NCBI GenBank assembly: GCA_003427395.1
Contig: BFEA01000001.1
Coordinates: forward strand, 2,908,416-2,964,754
Length of the DNA: 56,339 bases
Direction of reading: 5' to 3'
Origin: Chara braunii
Lineage: Eukaryota > Plantae > Charophyceae
The notes under the pieces were generated by a model. The model was not told the DNA's origin, made no database searches, and worked only from the letters and a program-made list of their open reading frames with translations. Below are positions 51,095 to 56,339 of the stretch, one piece after another. Made by a program: the position numbers and the translations under genes. Position 1 is the first letter of the stretch; each line of letters begins with the position of its first letter.

Positions 51095-51128
<34 letters not shown>

Positions 51129-52305
51129 CGTCTAATTTGTTAAATCTTTGTTCTTTGAAATGTTTATCATTGTTCCAAATCTCTACCTTCTGCTGGATAA
51201 CGGCTTTAAATAGGAAATTCGAGCTGACGAATGTGGTAAGATACTGGATGAAGTTTAAATATATTTTTTGAAGCCAGTTTTGCATCTGTTCAGAATTGAG
51301 TAATACAGTAATAATCATTATTTTTTGGGAAACGACTTTTTCTTGGAAGAGGAAAAAGTGAAAATTGAATCAGAACGTAAAGCCACGTTTGCTGTCAAGA
51401 AAATCCGACCAGACTGTCTTGGTTGCGAGAGATCTTGGCTGTGGAATGCATCATCTATGCCATAGCCATTATCAATCTATTGCAACTGCCGCCGTCTGTA
51501 CTGAAGGGTGTCCAACATTTCCTCATTGTACACAGCCCACTGCCGCCGTCTGTACTGAAGGGTGTCCAACATTTCCTCACTGTACACATCCCTATCACCC
51601 AGCATACGTTGTCCTTTTTGTGCCCAAGGACGCTGTCAGAACTGCATGATGCCGCACTGTGATGAACGTCCTGCTGTTTTTTTGACATGTGGACAACATG
51701 TCCTCTGTCAGGACTGTTTTGATGGGATGGTTTGTGTTAGCCGTCCTGGTGAATGCCGTGCTAGTGCAGCTCTCCTTGGGTATCCTTGTGAACATCCACA
51801 TCATCCTCACCGTAGCTGTCCTATCTGCCGAGGAAAGGACAGATAAAGCCTTCGACACTACCGACAGATACGGAGTTAAAGAAAAAAAGAAAAAAAGAAG
51901 AAAAAAGAAAAAAAAAAGTTGATCTGTGGGATGTGTTATTTGCTTTGTGGCAATTGGATTATCTGTGGGATGTGTCATTTGCTTTGTTCGACTGATAGGC
52001 TTTCTTTCCCTGATCGCTGGCGGCAAGTTGGTCCGGCCCCTGCTGCTTCTCTTCACTCTGCTGCTTCTCCTCACCGATCTCCACTTGTCGCTTCCTCTCG
52101 GGCCTTTATCATTGATGTTAGCCCGGGCCCTCAACTTTGCAGTATGAACAACGTTACGACGGTTATGGACGTTAGGCGCAGTGGGTACTTGGTCCGAAGT
52201 TGCTTCCATTCAGCGGGCTATGCCCACTTGGCGAGCTCGCTTGCTGCAATGGCTGCATACAAATGTTTCTAATGCTGACATGATTGCGGACGTCCGTGAA
52301 CTTGA

Positions 52306-54347
52306 ATGCCTTATTTGACTATTTCAACATGTCCGACAGTGATATATACCCATTCCCGTGACACCTTTGGAAACTTTATCAGGATTGTGCATATGCACGA
52401 GATCCTGAAGGCCACTAAGCTGCGCCATGTGTTGCATTCACCGAATGTGTGTGCATTACACCCTGACCCTCAGGCAGTCAGCACTATTTGCATCTGTGAC
52501 AAACTTGTACCTCCAACAAGGGTGCAATTTTGTAATTTTAGGGAAGTTGCCTTGAGTGTCACTCCGGGCCTGCACTTACCTGCTGCTGCGGATTGTCCTT
52601 GTTGTCGGGCCTTTCCTAACTGCAGCGATCTGGTTGACAGCCATGTTGTTTCCGCCGACTATGATCCGATTCCGGATGCTAACCTCCGTTGCCTGTTCTA
52701 TGAGGGCTTTAAATATCGGCTGAATGGGGTAGTGGGGGATATACTTGAAGCACTGGCTGTTGTTATTGATGAGCACGTTGCTGCGTATCTTCGTTCGACA
52801 GCACGACAATCCTGCGCATCTACCCTAGCTCCACAATTGGCTCTTTGGCGTGCTGCAGTTTTGTGTGACTGTGAGTGCAAAATATGGCTGCCGCTTCACA
52901 TTTGCGACAGCCTTGCTCCTTGCGACACGCACATACGGCTCTGCGTCAGCTCCAAGAATCCTTTGCGATTGTTCCTGTGGATAAAACATCACATAATCTG
53001 GCTATTTGTTGTGAAAACTGGTATCGGTTTCATCTTTCTACTCATCTGGACAGTCCTGTGTATTCTCAGCCCGCCGAAACAGTGGCGGACAGTTTGAATA
53101 GCCATGCACTTTGGAACAATCGCTGGAATTATCCTCATGCTGACACATTGCCATATCTTTATTGCGTTCTTAAGGCCCATAAGTCTCCTCCCACACTCCG
53201 TACTATTCTTGGTATCACTGCCCACAACAATCTTTCTTCTTCTTCTTCCCATACGGCCCAGCGGTGTGACTTGCGCCCCTCCCAACGAGTCCAGCGTTTG
53301 CATCACCGACCGCCTCACAAACCTGTGGCTTGTACAACGCCAACGTCGGCTCGTTTGAGTGCGGCAGTTCAAGGTGTCATCCGTACTCTTTGCAATCAAC
53401 TCTTCCAATCCGAAGGTGTTCAACGATGTTGGATTGTCCAGAGCAGTGACGAGGTCATGGTTGACCTCAAAAAGAATAAAGCTTCTCTCCGAGGTCTGGC
53501 CCCTTGTACGGTCAATTTCACTACGATGTATACTAATCTTTCTCATCAATGGATTCTTAACAATGTTGCTAATGCCGTTGATGAGGCACATGCCTATGCT
53601 CTTGCACAGGCACGGCCGCATACACGGACACACTCATCCTGTGTTGCTCTTCGTATGGTGGTCCGTGCACTGCGTGCAGGGGAATGGACTACGGGACCTG
53701 ACACTCTTTCTGTGTCTGACATTCTTCAACATCTTCGGTTTATTGTTAATAACAGATATCTATATACAGCGGATGGCCTTGTTCGCATCAAGAAGTTGGT
53801 ATTCCAATGGGTACAAACGCTGGTCCTGAGATTGCTAACCTCACACTCTATTGGGATGAGGCGCAGTACGTGGACAACCTGCAGCATGTGGATCCCTCTG
53901 CAGCCCGCCTATATGTTTTCACTTATTGGTTCATTGATGATGTTCTTACCTTTGATTGTCTGCCACCATCGCCAGCCTATTATGGTCTTTGAATGGAAAG
54001 AGACCACTGCGGCTGATGGCTCGTGCACCTTTTTAGGTGCAAAACTGCGGACACGGGCAGACGGATATCTAATCGAGTATGTTTGATAAGACTGTTGCAT
54101 GGGATTTTCCTGTTAACATACGATATCCTAGTGCAACGTTGAACATTCCATCTCATCAGCCTGTAGGTGTGTTCACTGGTCAGCTTACGCGGTTTGAGCG
54201 GATTTGTGACAGTTGGCATGATTTCGGAACTGCGGCAACCATGCGTGTCCGCCGTTTGCTTTCCCGTGGCCATGCTCCATCAACATTAGTCCGTGGATGG
54301 ACTTGTTACATTCGTGCTCGCCAGCGTCGACACCCTGTACTTGTAAC
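52306..54347 (+). pseudogene. PLE-2 reverse transcriptase (Naiad/Chlamys-like), frameshifted, running into a gap
   Basis: CPC...SHVV.AD...LR.LF.EG.KYR; IVPVDKTSHN; LPYLYCVLKAHK; VNFTTMYTNLSH; GIPMGTNAGPEIANL; FIDD (53930-53941); FLG; FDK..WDFP..RYP..NIP..GVFTGQL.RF.RIC. Confidence 0.9.
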
Positions 54348-55188
54348 NNNNNNNNNNNNNNNNNNNNNNNNNNNNNNNNNNNNNNNNNNNNNNNNNNNNN
54401 NNNNNNNNNNNNNNNNNNNNNNNNNNNNNNNNNNNNNNNNNNNNNNNNNNNNNNNNNNNNNNNNNNNNNNNNNNNNNNNNNNNNNNNNNNNNNNNNNNNN
54501 NNNNNNNNNNNNNNNNNNNNNNNNNNNNNNNNNNNNNNNNNNNNNNNNNNNNNNNNNNNNNNNNNNNNNNNNNNNNNNNNNNNNNNNNNNNNNNNNNNNN
54601 NNNNNNNNNNNNNNNNNNNNNNNNNNNNNNNNNNNNNNNNNNNNNNNNNNNNNNNNNNNNNNNNNNNNNNNNNNNNNNNNNNNNNNNNNNNNNNNNNNNN
54701 NNNNNNNNNNNNNNNNNNNNNNNNNNNNNNNNNNNNNNNNNNNNNNNNNNNNNNNNNNNNNNNNNNNNNNNNNNNNNNNNNNNNNNNNNNNNNNNNNNNN
54801 NNNNNNNNNNNNNNNNNNNNNNNNNNNNNNNNNNNNNNNNNNNNNNNNNNNNNNNNNNNNNNNNNNNNNNNNNNNNNNNNNNNNNNNNNNNNNNNNNNNN
54901 NNNNNNNNNNNNNNNNNNNNNNNNNNNNNNNNNNNNNNNNNNNNNNNNNNNNNNNNNNNNNNNNNNNNNNNNNNNNNNNNNNNNNNNNNNNNNNNNNNNN
55001 NNNNNNNNNNNNNNNNNNNNNNNNNNNNNNNNNNNNNNNNNNNNNNNNNNNNNNNNNNNNNNNNNNNNNNNNNNNNNNNNNNNNNNNNNNNNNNNNNNNN
55101 NNNNNNNNNNNNNNNNNNNNNNNNNNNNNNNNNNNNNNNNNNNNNNNNNNNNNNNNNNNNNNNNNNNNNNNNNNNNNNNNNNNNNNNA

Positions 55189-55485
55189 TGTTATACTGCA
55201 TCCCAATTTGTTACGATTGCTTATCAGCTTTACGCTGTTGAAAATCAGTTGTTGTATGATCATAATAGTGCACCTCCTGAAGGCAGTAACTATGCTACCT
55301 CAGGAGGCTTTACTGTAAATGTCTTACAGTTAGCGTTCCACGGCGGCCACCTTCTTATGCATCATGCGACGCCAGGCGAGATGACCTCAATAACCATCCT
55401 CATATTTGTGCCTGTATTTTACACAGGCCCGGGCATTATATGGCACTCATTCGTGCAGCTGCCCAGTGGGAACTGTGGGATGGTG
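55189..55485 (+). pseudogene. Josephin-like cysteine protease/deubiquitinase domain (N-terminus hidden in the gap, one frameshift)
   Basis: YTASQFVTIAYQLYAVENQL...SNYATSGGFTVNVLQLAF / ACILHRPGHYMALIR...QWELWD parallels ataxin-3 FSPVELSSIAHQLDEEER...GNMDDSGFFSIQVISNAL...SFICNYKEHWFTVRK..QWFNLN. Confidence 0.6.
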
Positions 55486-55574
55486 GGACAATGAGTCAGG
55501 CTATTTTCGACGTAAATGAATTTTTGTGTGCATTGTAGAATCATACTTTGTTCTGGATTATTGACCGACTCTCG

Positions 55575-56023
55575 TGTGACACCTGTCGGGACAGAGACAT
55601 GGTGCGCCTTGGCTGTGGAATTCATCATCTATGCCATAGCCATTATCAATCTATTGCAACTGCCGCCGTCTGTACTGAAGGGTGTCCAACATTTCCTCGT
55701 TGTACACATCCCTATCACCCAGATATACGTTGTCCCTTTTGTGCTCAAGGACGCTATCAGAACTGCATGACATTGTACACATCCCTATCACCCAGATATA
55801 CATTGTCCCTTTTGTGCTCAAGGACGCTATCAGAACTGCATGATGGCACTGTGATGAACGTCCTGCTGTTCTTTTGACATGTGGACAACATGTCCTCTGT
55901 CAGGACTGTTTTGATGGGATGGTTCGTGCTATCCGTCCTGCTGAATGCTGTGCTAGCGCAGCTCTCCTTGGGTATCCTTGTGAACATCCACATCATCCTC
56001 ACCATAGCTGTCCTATCTGCCGA
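55575..56023 (+). pseudogene. Two tandem RING-HC-like zinc fingers (the second is intact in the upstream repeat, ~51643-51830)
   Basis: CDTC..LGCGIHHLCHSH...CPFC and C....C..AVFLTCGQHVLCQDC...CPICR. Confidence 0.7.
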
Positions 56024-56339
56024 GGTGGGGACAGATAAAGCCTTCGACACTACCGACAGATACGGAGTTAAAGAAAAAAAGAAAAAAAGAAAAAAAGAAA
56101 AAAAGAAAAAAAGTAAATAAGAAAAAAGAAAAAATATGTTGATCTGTGGGATGCGTTATTTGCTTTGTGGCAATTGGATTATCTGTGGGATGTGTCATTT
56201 GCTTTGTTTGACTGATAGGCTTTCTTTCCCTGTCAGGTTTGGTTTCCTCCTTTTCTTTACCTCTTTGCCTTTTGGCTGCGTGCAAGTGGGTCCTTGTGAC
56301 ACACGGGGATGGGGCCAGCCAGCGCTCAACCTGTCATCC

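Larger units (their letters stand above)
51434..56232 (+). mobile_element. Penelope-like element PLE-2 bounded by direct repeats (pLTR-like, 51434-52012 and 55608-56232)
   Basis: Highly similar ~600-bp direct repeats flank a PLE-type RT; the repeat contains the end of the coding region and an A-rich tract. Confidence 0.88.

Overview
This is repeat-dominated eukaryotic nuclear DNA with several N-gaps. It is probably from a streptophyte plant or alga: the U6 is plant-type, there is a plant mitochondrial gamma-carbonic anhydrase exon, and the microsatellite and TE load resembles a charophyte such as Chara (inference). The only clear host gene is exon 1 of a complex-I gamma-carbonic anhydrase (42140-42254), followed by an apparently >14 kb TE-filled intron. 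The rest is decayed mobile DNA: LSU rRNA fragments, a near-full-length L1/Tx1-type LINE, a chromoviral Ty3/Gypsy integrase remnant, a TA-flanked MITE, two SINE-like families, two U6 pseudogenes, an IS630/Tc1-like transposase, and two different Penelope-like elements (PLEs). The most striking finding is the plus-strand PLE (51434-56232). Downstream of its reverse transcriptase and an assembly gap it carries a Josephin-like (ataxin-3-type deubiquitinase) domain followed by two RING-HC-like zinc fingers, a candidate ubiquitin-editing module on a retroelement. Also notable are a degenerate type III hammerhead ribozyme motif (45065-45125) inside the gamma-CA intron and a minus-strand PLE with an N-terminal GIY-YIG and a separate upstream ORF. 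All domain calls come from reading motifs by eye; no searches were run.
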